Assembly (NCBI GenBank): GCA_965215275.1
Contig: OZ244044.1
Coordinates: forward strand, 1,344,001 to 1,408,000
Reading direction: 5' to 3'
Source: Thermodesulfobacteriota bacterium
GTDB taxonomy: Bacteria > Desulfobacterota_D > UBA1144 > Nemesobacterales > JAJCZQ01
Length of the DNA stretch: 64,000 nucleotides
Shown: one piece after another, positions 9,073 through 19,450 of the stretch
How the letters are laid out: each line of letters starts with the position of its first letter
Position numbering within the stretch: position 1 is the stretch's first letter
Translations under genes and position numbers: made by a program
The notes under the pieces: model-generated
What the model saw: only the letters and a program-made list of their open reading frames with translations
The model's database searches: none
What the model was told of the DNA's origin: nothing

Positions 9073-11585
9073 ATGAACATCCTGTTTAGAGTAATACCCC
9101 CCCCCATAAGTTATTAATCCCTTTTTTCTTTCTTCTGTGTTTTGTAAACGTTGGTGCATATGGTCAGACCAGCATTAATAACTGTGACTCCAGTGCAACG
9201 ACCGAAGCTACGTTGAGAGTTCAAGGAGCGGCACACAATGGAAGTTTAGCTGCCGGTGCTGATCCGCATTACTTTCAGACAAACATAAATGAACCTCTTA
9301 TTGTAGATATAGAGGTAAACTTCTCCTTCTCCAGTGATCAGGAATACAGTTTACAGTTGTGTGACAGCAATGATGGTCTGATAGCAAGTACTACTGAAGC
9401 ACATCCAAATGATGACAGGGTAGTAAGGACGGCCACTCTACAAACTCGCTTAAGACAGGGAACGTACTATATAGTTGTGGGAAGCAGTGGTGCTACATCC
9501 TACAATGTTAAAGCTCAATTAGCTGATTCTAATGGACTCTTACAGGCCTGTCTAGATATTACTACCAATTTTCCAAATGATCCCTTGTACGGGTGTCAGT
9601 GGTATCTGAAAGGTCCAGTGGTTGATGTGCTAATAAGTAACAATCGGATATTCCAAACCTCTGGAGAAGATATAGATATAAACATAGAAGAGGTCTGGGA
9701 TGATAGTGTATTTGGAGCTGGAATTAACGTAGCGGTGGTAGATCATGGTATGGACACAGATCATGAGGACCTTGCTGACAATGTGGATACCACACTTTCT
9801 CATGATTACTCTGGAAATGGTGATCTGTACAGTCCTTCAAGTGGTCGCGGCACACGTGTAGCTGGCATTATAGCAGCAGTGGGTGATAACAGCCTTGGAG
9901 TAAGAGGTGTAGCACCTGAGGCAAACATCTACAGTTATAATTTAGCTGATAACTTCAGTGATGCTAATGCAAAGGACGCCATGGTCCGTAATAAGGATAT
10001 AACTGCTGTATCGGTCAACAACTGGGGACCGAAGGACCTGCCGGTTCTTACAGAGGCTTCATCAGAGTGGGAAGAAGGAGTGGAAACTGGTATAAGAGAA
10101 GGGTTTGGTGGTAAAGGAGTGTTTTACGTATGGGCGGCAGGGGACGGAGGTGAAGGATCAGATCAGGCTAATTTTAATGAGTATTCCAGCTACTACGCTG
10201 TAACTACCGTATGTTCAGCAGAGATCAGTAAGATTGCAGTAGGGGAGATCTCTAATGTAGGGGAGGTTGTTAAGAGTTCTTTTTCAGAAGAGGGATACAA
10301 TCTATGGGTATGTGCACCGGGTTCTGATATTGTAACTACCGACAATAACGACGGTTATAGTTTTGAGTTCCCTGGAACGTCAAATTCAGTTGCTGTCGTT
10401 TCAGGAGTAGCAGCACTGATACGGGAGGTAAACAGCGATATTAGCTGGCGGGACCTGAAACTTATCCTGGCAGGTTCAGCCAGCCAGGCAGGCGAGGTAG
10501 CTGGTGGCCGCCTAGGCTGGAAGAGAGGAGAACTTCAATACGGTTCTGATTCAGAGTATTATTTTTACAGTCCAAAGTTTGGTTTTGGCATGGTAGATGC
10601 TGCTGCGGCAGTGGAACTTGCAGGAAGCTGGACCAACGTTCCACCGCAAATGAGACCCGTGACGGTTTCCTCTGGTAATATCAATACGGTTATCCCGGAC
10701 TTCACAACGGGAGGAAACGCGGAAGACGTTTCCGCTGTCTTCACACTGAACGTACCTGATATTGATATACCAGGTACTGAGGTCTTTACGGAATTTATAG
10801 AGATAGGTATCAATTTCACTCACCCTTTCTTTCCTTTTTTAGATATAGAAATAACCTCCCCTGACGGTACTACCGTGTCGAAACTCACTGAGGCATATCC
10901 AGCAGATGCAATATCACATTTATCTGACGGGTCTCTTACTGTAAACGACTTTAAGTACACAGGCAGAGAGCACCGTTTTGGTTTAGCCAATCACCTGGGA
11001 ACAGACCCTGCCGGAGAGTGGACTTTGAAAATAACTAATAATTCACCTGCAGGTACGGGGACCTTACACTCATGGAACATTAAGGTCTATGGTCATATGT
11101 CTGGTGATAAACCGACGTTTAACAGCTGGACGATACCAAGTAAGAATTACGTGCCGGGAACTGCAGTAAAGGAAACACTGCCTGAGGCAACAGCAGGGAA
11201 TGGAGAATTAACCTACAGCCTTTCCCCTCTTTCTTTACCTGTTGGACTTACTTTTAGTGAAACTGACCGAGTGATCAGCGGAACACCAACTGCTGTATCT
11301 TCCGGCAGTTATACATATACGGTAACGGATGAAGATGGAGATACGGACGAGCTCATCTTTACCATCAGGGTAACAACCACGCCACCAGGACCGACAGACC
11401 CACCAACAACAAGACCACCGACACGAAGACCGACACCATCAGGTAGTGATGCAGGTGGAGGAGGATGTGCGGTCTCCGAGCAGAACGAAGCTGCTTCTGA
11501 TCTGCTCACAGCATTGGCATCTCTGATGCTTATACCTGTATCCGTTGTGATAAGAAGGAAGATAAGGTCTCGGATAAAGGCTTAG
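9073..11585 (+). CDS. Kexin-like S8 family surface protein 1 (PPC-like, S8, P domain, one Ig repeat, GGGGC-TM tail); frameshifted at C9 tract; catalytic His replaced by Arg
   Basis: ORF 9213-11585 stays open upstream to 9090 and encodes signal peptide LLIPFFFLLCFVNVGAYGQ, homologous to the paralog 2 N-terminus; nearest usable ATG (9073) is out of frame across C9. Confidence 0.85.
9097..9105 (+). repeat. Poly-C tract (C9)
   Basis: GTAATA-C9-ATAAG. Confidence 0.95.
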
Positions 11586-11715
11586 TAATGCGGTCCTTTC
11601 CAAGCATTTATGAGAGAGGATTACTTCTTTTATATCAGTTATAAGTTCGTTGAGGAGAATGGATGTATTACCGTGTATTGGGCTATAGTATATAATTTCC
11701 TAAAAATTCAGTAGG

Positions 11716-12192
11716 TCATTTATATTTTTTGAACAAGTATATCACTATAATTACCATCATTACAAGCAGTGTTAGCTGCATTATGTAAAAAGAGCTCAGC
11801 TTAAGATATGCAAAGAGCGGACTCACGTACCTTATCAGCCATCCACTGATGATCTCTGTGAACGTTGAAATAAACGACAGCAGTATCAGCACCAGTTTCA
11901 TGTGTGACCTGATAGATGTAAACAGTACAAGGTGAGTAAGGGTTACCAGTAATATAGCCATTGAGAAAAAGTGAAAATGGGCTTCTTCAAGTAGACCTAT
12001 ATAACTTTTTGGAGGTCTGAAAGTCTCCTCGTTGCCTAAGTAAAATTCAACGACCGAGTTGTAGCTGAAACCGATCTGCATGTATAAAAGTATGTTCGTT
12101 ATCCACAGGAACAGGAAAAACAGTATGGTAAAGAAGATTATAATCTTGAGAAAGTCGTTCTTTCTGAGTTCGGAGGATATAAAAAATCTCAT
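11716..12192 (-). CDS. Four-TM inner-membrane protein with HxH motif
   Basis: Hydrophobic helices, LLEEAHFHFFSM..LTHL; last gene of the porin/FMN operon. Confidence 0.75.
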   Translation of the reverse strand: MRFFISSELRKNDFLKIIIFFTILFFLFLWITNILLYMQIGFSYNSVVEFYLGNEETFRPPKSYIGLLEEAHFHFFSMAILLVTLTHLVLFTSIRSHMKLVLILLSFISTFTEIISGWLIRYVSPLFAYLKLSSFYIMQLTLLVMMVIIVIYLFKKYK

Positions 12193-12197
12193 GAATG

Positions 12198-12749
12198 TTA
12201 AGTATGATCACTAAATACGACTTTGTATATAGCGAGGATCTTTCTGGTATTTCTTGAAAACTCGTGAGAAGTAATGGTTGCTCCAGTAATATTGGGGATT
12301 TTTTTTCCCGTTCTCAACTCGTCATTGATACCTTTTCCGTCAAACAGGTCGAGCCATTTGGTTGAAGGCATGTATTCAGGTGGTTCAAAAAAAGCCAGGA
12401 TTTCAGCATTGATCAAATTACCGCCTTTATCGATTAAATACAGTACTGTTTCGGACCTTGTTCTTAAAATGTGCGAGTCGACCACCCCGTAGCCTAGAAC
12501 GTTTGCTTTGCTTCTGAACTCATAAAATATGTGTATTTTTGAGTCCGGAACAGTCCCGGACAGCTTCTTGATTGTCTGCACCTGTTTTTCGGTAAGAAAT
12601 ATGGTTATTTTTTCAATCGAAGTTGCTTTGGGAAATGCAGAGTTCAGCGACTGTTTTAACTGGACGAGCGTCTTGCTTTTTGCGGGTACAGTGAAGAAGA
12701 TGAAAGCCAGTATAAAAACCACCAATGTACAGTTTGTTATTTTATTCAT
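12198..12749 (-). CDS. Secreted FMN-binding domain protein (flavinylation substrate)
   Basis: Signal peptide; C-terminal NITGATITS fits the [S/T]GA[S/T] ApbE flavinylation motif. Confidence 0.85.
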   Translation of the reverse strand: MNKITNCTLVVFILAFIFFTVPAKSKTLVQLKQSLNSAFPKATSIEKITIFLTEKQVQTIKKLSGTVPDSKIHIFYEFRSKANVLGYGVVDSHILRTRSETVLYLIDKGGNLINAEILAFFEPPEYMPSTKWLDLFDGKGINDELRTGKKIPNITGATITSHEFSRNTRKILAIYKVVFSDHT

Positions 12750-12762
12750 CTCTAATATAAGA

Positions 12763-12802
12763 TAAAGAAGGGTTCAAATAATAAGGTCTGAACCCTTCTT
12801 TA
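12763..12802 (-). terminator. Strong hairpin between porin and FMN-binding gene
   Basis: TAAAGAAGGGTTCA (12763-12776) / TGAACCCTTCTTTA (12789-12802), 14-bp perfect stem followed by a T-rich run on the minus strand. Confidence 0.7.
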
Positions 12803-12834
12803 AGAGAGGATAAGGATAAGGTCTGACAGTTTAA

Positions 12835-14271
12835 CTAAAAAACATAGCCCATACCGAAGTTAAATTGGTTGTTATCGGAATTTGCTTCATTGTTCAGCCA
12901 CTGATAATCGGCTTTTACAACCATGTTTGGTATCGGCTTATAATTTACCCCGATCGTATATTCCGTCCTGTCATTTTTAAGATTTCTTTCAAATCCTGTA
13001 GGAACGGATTTTTGAGTGTCATAGGTTTCAAATCTGAAGAATGGAGTAATATCCTTCAGGTATTTGCTCCTTGTTTCCACCTCGGTTAAAACGTTGTAGG
13101 CGATCGTTACATAGTATCCGAACTGTTCTTCTCCAACGGACGCATTGCCTTTGTATTCATTTATCATGTTTATCAGATCTGCATCATCAAGAGAGGTCCA
13201 GACGGCTAAGGTCCTGAGATGAAATCCTCTGTACTTGAAGTTGGCGTCCAGTTCGTACATCGTGAACTTTCCATTAATTTCCTCAGGTACCGGTGCGGTG
13301 TCCGTTCCGGTATTAACTGTCTGGTCCTGTCCCGTGTTACCAAAAAAAACTGAACCACCAATTGTAATACCGGGATAAGGGTCATATTCCAGTCTGCCTA
13401 CAAAGGCGACATCGTTGAAACGTGACCTGTCCCCTCTTGTACGGAGGTCACGGTTGTCCTTTGCCCTGAAACCTCGTGAATCGGTGCTGTTCATGATAAA
13501 CGCCCTGTAAGAAATGTCACCAATGGACTGCAGGTTAAATTCACCGTGAAGACCCAGTCCATTTTCTCTCCACGTGGTCGGTATTATTTTACTTTCGACC
13601 GATGGACGAAATACTCCATAAAAACCCGTTGGTTCATGGATTTCATTAATCAAACCAAAAGGCACAAGTAGCAGACCGCCGCGCACGTTAAAGTAGTCGT
13701 TTATCAAAAAGTCGAGATATGCGAACTCGACCGAGGCTGAACCATCTCCCGGTTCGGGACTGGCTGAATTTCCACCTGTTGAACCGTGTTCAAATTCTAT
13801 CTCTGAGTTGAAAAAGATGTTCTCGGTAAACTTATACCCAGCGTATAATATAACCCTTTGTGCGTCGACAACATTGTCTCCCTCATCAGGTATTTTACTG
13901 ACGACCAACTCTCCATAGCCCCCGATCGACAGACCCTTCCCAGGCTTCAGATATATTTTAGATGCTCCCGGAGCACCACCAAAAACTTCTTTTAATTCAA
14001 TGTCAACGCTGCCACCGGCAGTTTCAGCTTTTACTTTTTTAAACTCTTCCGCCAATATAGATAGATTACGTTCGATCTCACCTAATCTATTATTTTCGGA
14101 CATATTTTTTACTTGCCGAAGTTCCCGCTTTACCTTCTTTAACTGGTACTCCAAGTTTTTTATTCTTTTTTCGCTGTTTCCTGCAAATGCGGGACTTGTA
14201 TCTACAAGCAGAAATGATAAAAGAATAAGTAAACTAAACAACTTAAAAAATTTAGTGTATCTAAAAAACAT
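12835..14271 (-). CDS. Outer-membrane porin (OprO/P-like beta-barrel) with N-terminal coiled coil
   Basis: Signal peptide, coiled coil, IGGYGE, FNSEIEFEHG, VEFAYLD, GLINEIHEPT, terminal GYVF. Confidence 0.8.
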   Translation of the reverse strand: MFFRYTKFFKLFSLLILLSFLLVDTSPAFAGNSEKRIKNLEYQLKKVKRELRQVKNMSENNRLGEIERNLSILAEEFKKVKAETAGGSVDIELKEVFGGAPGASKIYLKPGKGLSIGGYGELVVSKIPDEGDNVVDAQRVILYAGYKFTENIFFNSEIEFEHGSTGGNSASPEPGDGSASVEFAYLDFLINDYFNVRGGLLLVPFGLINEIHEPTGFYGVFRPSVESKIIPTTWRENGLGLHGEFNLQSIGDISYRAFIMNSTDSRGFRAKDNRDLRTRGDRSRFNDVAFVGRLEYDPYPGITIGGSVFFGNTGQDQTVNTGTDTAPVPEEINGKFTMYELDANFKYRGFHLRTLAVWTSLDDADLINMINEYKGNASVGEEQFGYYVTIAYNVLTEVETRSKYLKDITPFFRFETYDTQKSVPTGFERNLKNDRTEYTIGVNYKPIPNMVVKADYQWLNNEANSDNNQFNFGMGYVF

Positions 14272-14303
14272 TTTTAACCTCCAGTAACTTGATTTTTACT
14301 TAT

Positions 14304-14326
14304 ATCTGGATAATATGCATCCAGAT
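14304..14326. promoter_or_regulatory. Palindromic operator candidate upstream of porin operon
   Basis: ATCTGGAT-AATATGC-ATCCAGAT, perfect 8-7-8 inverted repeat 33-55 nt upstream of the start. Confidence 0.5.
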
Positions 14327-14607
14327 TTATGTGCACGGAAATTAACTTTACTAATATAGACCTATAATATCAAGAATTATTTTTATAAAATTAAAAAAAA
14401 TAAAAATGGTTCGAGATCAATAAAAAAGAAGTACAGAGATTATCAGAAGTTCTTATGGTTTTTATAGTTCAAGTTTGTATCTGAAGTCCTGAAAAATATA
14501 GGGGAATAATGTATGGTCTCGTTTATCATAAAGCATCTGACACAATATTATACGAGCATTATCTGAAACTAGTTTGTAAGTTTATTTAGTTTTTAAGTTA
14601 GAAATTT

Positions 14608-15705
14608 ATGAATAAATTTGAAATAGATTATAATAGAATGACAGCGTTTAATCCTGTTGAAACAGATAAAACGGGAGATGGCGATGTTGCAGATATTAAG
14701 ACAACTCCTGATTCTGTTAAGAAATACGAAACAAAAGAAGCTGACGTTTATATCCCTCCCGTTAAGAAGAATAAAGCAAGCAAGGTTGACAGACCTGTTA
14801 AAAGCCAACCAGAAATAGCATTAGATGTTCCTTCTGATGTTTTGGTAGGACAAGCAATTACTTTAGTGCCTGACGATGATTCACTGTCTGTTACTAATGA
14901 CAAATTTGATCTTCCATCTGTAATGGTATTTGGAGTTGTTTTATTATTTGTATTTTTAATATGGTATTTAATTAAAAGTAAATCGGAACATAGTAAATTA
15001 GGTAAGGAAGCAGCTTATTCTGAATCTTATGATTCAAGATATTCTTCCTTCCCTGAAACAAAGCCTGAGCCTAAACGAGACATAATAGACAATGTAAGAG
15101 AAAGACCTACATATGATTTTCAGGATCAGATAAAAATTGAATCATGTCCTATAAGGGAGAAAGGTAAACAAGGAGAACTTAAAACTAAGAGTCTAATTAC
15201 TTCAACTTTACCTGAAGAAAAATATTACTTAATTAATGATGTTACATTTCCAAGAACTTTAGGTACTACTCAAATTGATCATATTTTAGTAAGTCCTTAT
15301 GGTGTGTTTGTTATCGAAACTAAAAACATGTCTGGTTGGATATTTGGTAAAGAAGAAGATAGGAAGTGGACACAGACTTTTAAAAACAAAAAAAGATATT
15401 CTTTCAACAATCCTTTAAGACAAGTGAATTATCATGCCAATTCAGTGGCGTCTTTAATAAACATATATCGTGATAAGATATTTCCTATAGTAGTATTTGC
15501 TGGAGAATCAGAGTTTAAAACTGATATACCTGATAATGTAAAACATACTTATGATTTTATTAGTTACATAAGATCAAAACAATCTATAATTTTAAGTGAG
15601 CGTGATATCAAAAGGATTATAAAAGAAATAGATGAGTTAAGATTACCTTTAGGTATAGAAACGGACATTAAACATATAAAATATGTAAAAGAAATACACT
15701 ACTGA
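14608..15705 (+). CDS. Membrane-anchored NERD nuclease-related domain protein
   Basis: One TM helix, then GKQGE...TTQIDHILVSPYGVFVIETKNMSGWIFG...NPLRQ; AT-rich. Confidence 0.85.
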   Translation: MNKFEIDYNRMTAFNPVETDKTGDGDVADIKTTPDSVKKYETKEADVYIPPVKKNKASKVDRPVKSQPEIALDVPSDVLVGQAITLVPDDDSLSVTNDKFDLPSVMVFGVVLLFVFLIWYLIKSKSEHSKLGKEAAYSESYDSRYSSFPETKPEPKRDIIDNVRERPTYDFQDQIKIESCPIREKGKQGELKTKSLITSTLPEEKYYLINDVTFPRTLGTTQIDHILVSPYGVFVIETKNMSGWIFGKEEDRKWTQTFKNKKRYSFNNPLRQVNYHANSVASLINIYRDKIFPIVVFAGESEFKTDIPDNVKHTYDFISYIRSKQSIILSERDIKRIIKEIDELRLPLGIETDIKHIKYVKEIHY

Positions 15706-16637
15706 CTTAAAAACTCAACCGAGTCGGGCAAGGGAAAACTTGTGTATTCCTCTTTGGTCTGTAGTTCTTCGATCTTTTTAGCTCCAAATTCTTTAAGTTT
15801 GTCTATTACTTCACTGACTACGAACTCCGGAGTTGAGGCTCCTGAACTTAGACCGACTATGGAATGACCGGAGAGCATTTTTTCCTCAATACTGTCAGAA
15901 CCTTCGATCAGATAAGAATTTGGCACTCCATGGGATTTAGCAACTTCGACCAGTCTGTTTGAATTGGAACTTTCAGGTGATCCCATTATAAGAATTACTT
16001 CTGCCTGTTTTGCAAGTTCCTTTACGGCATCCTGTCTGTTTTGTGTTGCGTAGCATATATCCAGTTTGGAAGGACTAACGATGGAAGGGAATCTTTTCTT
16101 CAGTGCTTTGACCATCTCCTTTGTATCGTCAACGCTCAGGGTCGTCTGCGTTACATAGGCGACCTTATCGGGATTTTCAATTTCAAGGTTTTGAACTTCT
16201 TTGACCGTTTCCACGACCACGACCCTGTCTGGAGCTTCACCACTTGTGCCTATGACCTCCACGTGGTTCCTGTGACCTATCAGTACTATTGTATAACCCA
16301 TATCGGCGTAGCTTCTAACCTCATTATGAACCTTCGTAACAAGAGGACAAACGGCATCCACGACCCGGAGCCCTCTAATCTTGGATTCTTCAAATACGGC
16401 TGGACTGACGCCATGTGCACTGAAAATAACACGAGCATTTTCATCTTCTATCTCGTCTATTTTCTCTACGAAAACCACCCCTTTGTCCTTTAGCGAATCA
16501 ACGACCCTCTTGTTATGTACTATGGCGTGCCTTACGTAGATCGGCGGACCGTACTGCTCCAGTGCCTTTTCCACTATATCTATTGCTCTGTCAACTCCGG
16601 CACAAAAACCCCTAGGTTTGGCTATTATTACCCTCAT
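15699..16637 (-). CDS. ispH: 4-hydroxy-3-methylbut-2-enyl diphosphate reductase
   Basis: PRGFCAGVDRA, IVHN, DAVCPLVTKVH, ICYATQNRQ, SSNSNRL; start trimmed to ATG 16637. Confidence 0.97.
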   Translation of the reverse strand: MRVIIAKPRGFCAGVDRAIDIVEKALEQYGPPIYVRHAIVHNKRVVDSLKDKGVVFVEKIDEIEDENARVIFSAHGVSPAVFEESKIRGLRVVDAVCPLVTKVHNEVRSYADMGYTIVLIGHRNHVEVIGTSGEAPDRVVVVETVKEVQNLEIENPDKVAYVTQTTLSVDDTKEMVKALKKRFPSIVSPSKLDICYATQNRQDAVKELAKQAEVILIMGSPESSNSNRLVEVAKSHGVPNSYLIEGSDSIEEKMLSGHSIVGLSSGASTPEFVVSEVIDKLKEFGAKKIEELQTKEEYTSFPLPDSVEFLSQ

Positions 16638-16696
16638 GTATTCTCCATTGAGGGATTGTAACAAAAAGCGAACTAACTTCAAGTAACCTTAAAATT

Positions 16697-16812
16697 GGGA
16701 GCTGCATACATAACTTTAGGACATGAGAAAATTTTTTGTGACGTTCAGTCAGGATAAAGGTATTAATACCAAGTTAATTCAAGGTGTTACTTCCTCAATC
16801 CCGTAGAAGACA
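16697..16812 (+). repeat. Left copy of diverged ~115-bp inverted repeat flanking S8 paralog 2
   Basis: Aligns by eye (~75-80% identity) with the reverse complement of 19451-19565; contains palindrome GGTATTAATACC. Confidence 0.85.
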
Positions 16813-17104
16813 TGATACTCCTGACCTGAGGAACGGAATTTTATTTCAGGGGGAGAGTGAGTAGATAAAATCCCCTATGACTTTCCTGCTGTATCAGGTT
16901 ATGTTGTAATCCCTGTACCGATGTTTTGGTTTCAAGGTAGTTTTCAGTTTCCTCTTTTCCAGTACCGCTTTGTTTAAACTCTCCGTATGAGGTCTTAGGA
17001 ATAATCCACCGTAAGTGTTTACCCGTAAATACTCAGCTTTTAAAAGAAAACCAGGCTATGACACGTTTTTTTAGTTCGTTCAAAACCTTGAAGAAACCGC
17101 ATTG

Positions 17105-19435
17105 CTATGTTTTTATCTGAGACCTTATTTTCCTTCTGATCACTGCCGACACGGGTATAAGTATCAGAGACGCCACTGCTCCGAGCAGATCAGAAAAAAT
17201 GTCGTTCTGATCGGAGATCGTACATCCTCCTCCACCGCCAGCTTCAGGATCTGGTGGGGGATTCACCACCCTGATCATGAAGTTCAGTTCAGCCATATCT
17301 CCATCTTCGTCTGTTACCGTATACGTGTAAGTACCAGACGATGCACTCGCAGGTGTCCCACTTATCTCTCGGGTGGCTGCGTCAAAATTCAATCCATCTG
17401 GTAAATCAGGTGTTAAACTATAAGTTAATGTTCCATTCCCTCTCGTCGCCGCAGGCAGTGTTTCTGTTACTGATATACCCTTCAGATACTTCTTATCATC
17501 TATCGTCTCACTGCTAAAGCTTGGCACTGTATCGCCCCTCATATGCCCATAAACTTTAATGCTCCATGAGTGTAAGGTCCCTGTATCTCCAGGATCAGTG
17601 TCAGATATCTTCAAAATCCATTCTCCAGCAGGGTCTTCTCCAAGGTGCTTGGCTGAACCAAAACGATGGGTTTGGTCCGTGTAACCAAGATCATTCTTAG
17701 TGAGTAAAGTGCCGGATATATATGATAACGCTCCTGTTACATGTTCCTCAGTAAACTCCGACACAGTACCATCAGGGGACGTTATTTGTATATTTAACTC
17801 TGGAAAAAAACCGTGAGTGAAATTGAGACTGACCTCAATGAATTTCGTAAAAAGATCATCAGTATCGGGTATGGTCAGGATGAAAGTAATTGTTCCGTCT
17901 ACTTCACCTACAGCGTCGGGGATCGCTGTATTAATATGACCCGAGGAAGCAGTCAGGGTTCTCATCTGTGCAACTCTGTTCCAACTTCCGGCAAGTTCTA
18001 CTGCAGCCTCGGCATCCACTACGCCAAAACCGTACTTTGGATTGTAATTATAACTGTCTGTATCAGAACCGTATTTAAGTGCTACTGTCTCCCAGCCCGG
18101 ATCGGTCGGGTCGTTCCTGCGGGCTGAAGCTGCCAGTATCAGCTTCAGGTCCCGCCAGCTCAGATCACCGTTTACCTCTCTCATCAGTGCTGCTACCCCT
18201 GAAACGATCGGAGCAGAAAATGACGTTCCGCTAAATCTGAAATTATAACGGTCTTTATTATCTGTCGTTGTAATAAGTGAACCTGGAGCACATACCCATA
18301 GATTTACTCCTTCTTCCGAAAAAGAACTCTTCTTTCCAAATCCATCCGTTGAACATACGGTAGTTACAGCGTAGTAGTTGGAAAGTTCTCCAAAATTAGC
18401 CTGAACGAAATCATCATGTCCGTTTCCAGCTGACCAGCTGTAAAAAATTCCTTTACCACCAAAACCTTCTCTGATACCTGTTTCCACTGCCATTTCCCAG
18501 GTTCTCTCAGCAGAGTGAAGACGAAGGTCTCTTGCTCCCCAGCTGTTGCTGGATACTGCAGTTATAGCTCGATTACGTGTCATAGCGTCTGCCCGGTTAG
18601 CGGAACTGTAATTATTTTGCTTTATCAAGTTATAATTATAGATACTTGCCTGAGGTGCTACTCCTCTTATGCCAATTCCATTATCACCCACTGCTGCTAT
18701 AACGCCCGCTACAAGTGTACCGTGATCACTTGAAGGATTAAATACATTACTGTTTCCGGAGTAATCATGATTCAGGCTGGGATTTACATTGGCGACCAGG
18801 TCCTCATGCAAGGGGTCCATACCACTGTCTACCACCGCCACGTTAATTCCTCTGCCGGATATTCCATCGTTCCACACTCCCTCTATGTTTATATCTTCTC
18901 CTTCTGTTATTCTCTGCCCTTTGACCTCCAACTGCCCTGTGTTTTTCAGATGCCACTGACAGCCGTATAAGGGATCATTAAAATTGGTAGTAACTTTCCC
19001 ACAATCGGATAACAGATCGTTGTAATCAGTATCTGTTGCAACTGAAAGCTGGTAACTGACAGCACCACTGCTTCCCACAACTATATAGTAAGTTCCAGGT
19101 CTGAGGCGAGCTGGGATATTATTAATACTATCTGCTATCTTAGTACTGCTTGCTATCAGATCATCGTTACCGTCACAAAGCTGTAAACTGTATACGAAGT
19201 TATCATTGGTGAAGGTTGTCTCTATGTTTACGTTAACTTCGGATGCTGTGTCTATCTGAAAATAATTCAGTCCACCGGCACTTTCAAAACTTCCATCGTG
19301 TGCCGCTCCGTCCACTGTCAGCGTGGCTTCAATCGTTGCACTGGGGTCACAATTATTATCACTGATCTGACCATATGCATTTATGGACATACAACATAGA
19401 AACAAGAAAAAGGGAATTATATACAGGAAGTTCAT
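17105..19435 (-). CDS. Kexin-like S8 serine protease 2 (signal, PPC-like, S8, P domain, Ig repeat, GGGGC-TM tail); intact triad
   Basis: VAVVDSG, DHGT, SAGNG, SGTSFSAP, LSWRDLK, P domain GEWILKI..GTLHSWSI. Confidence 0.92.
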   Translation of the reverse strand: MNFLYIIPFFLFLCCMSINAYGQISDNNCDPSATIEATLTVDGAAHDGSFESAGGLNYFQIDTASEVNVNIETTFTNDNFVYSLQLCDGNDDLIASSTKIADSINNIPARLRPGTYYIVVGSSGAVSYQLSVATDTDYNDLLSDCGKVTTNFNDPLYGCQWHLKNTGQLEVKGQRITEGEDINIEGVWNDGISGRGINVAVVDSGMDPLHEDLVANVNPSLNHDYSGNSNVFNPSSDHGTLVAGVIAAVGDNGIGIRGVAPQASIYNYNLIKQNNYSSANRADAMTRNRAITAVSSNSWGARDLRLHSAERTWEMAVETGIREGFGGKGIFYSWSAGNGHDDFVQANFGELSNYYAVTTVCSTDGFGKKSSFSEEGVNLWVCAPGSLITTTDNKDRYNFRFSGTSFSAPIVSGVAALMREVNGDLSWRDLKLILAASARRNDPTDPGWETVALKYGSDTDSYNYNPKYGFGVVDAEAAVELAGSWNRVAQMRTLTASSGHINTAIPDAVGEVDGTITFILTIPDTDDLFTKFIEVSLNFTHGFFPELNIQITSPDGTVSEFTEEHVTGALSYISGTLLTKNDLGYTDQTHRFGSAKHLGEDPAGEWILKISDTDPGDTGTLHSWSIKVYGHMRGDTVPSFSSETIDDKKYLKGISVTETLPAATRGNGTLTYSLTPDLPDGLNFDAATREISGTPASASSGTYTYTVTDEDGDMAELNFMIRVVNPPPDPEAGGGGGCTISDQNDIFSDLLGAVASLILIPVSAVIRRKIRSQIKT

Positions 19436-19450
19436 CAGTGATCTTAATGG

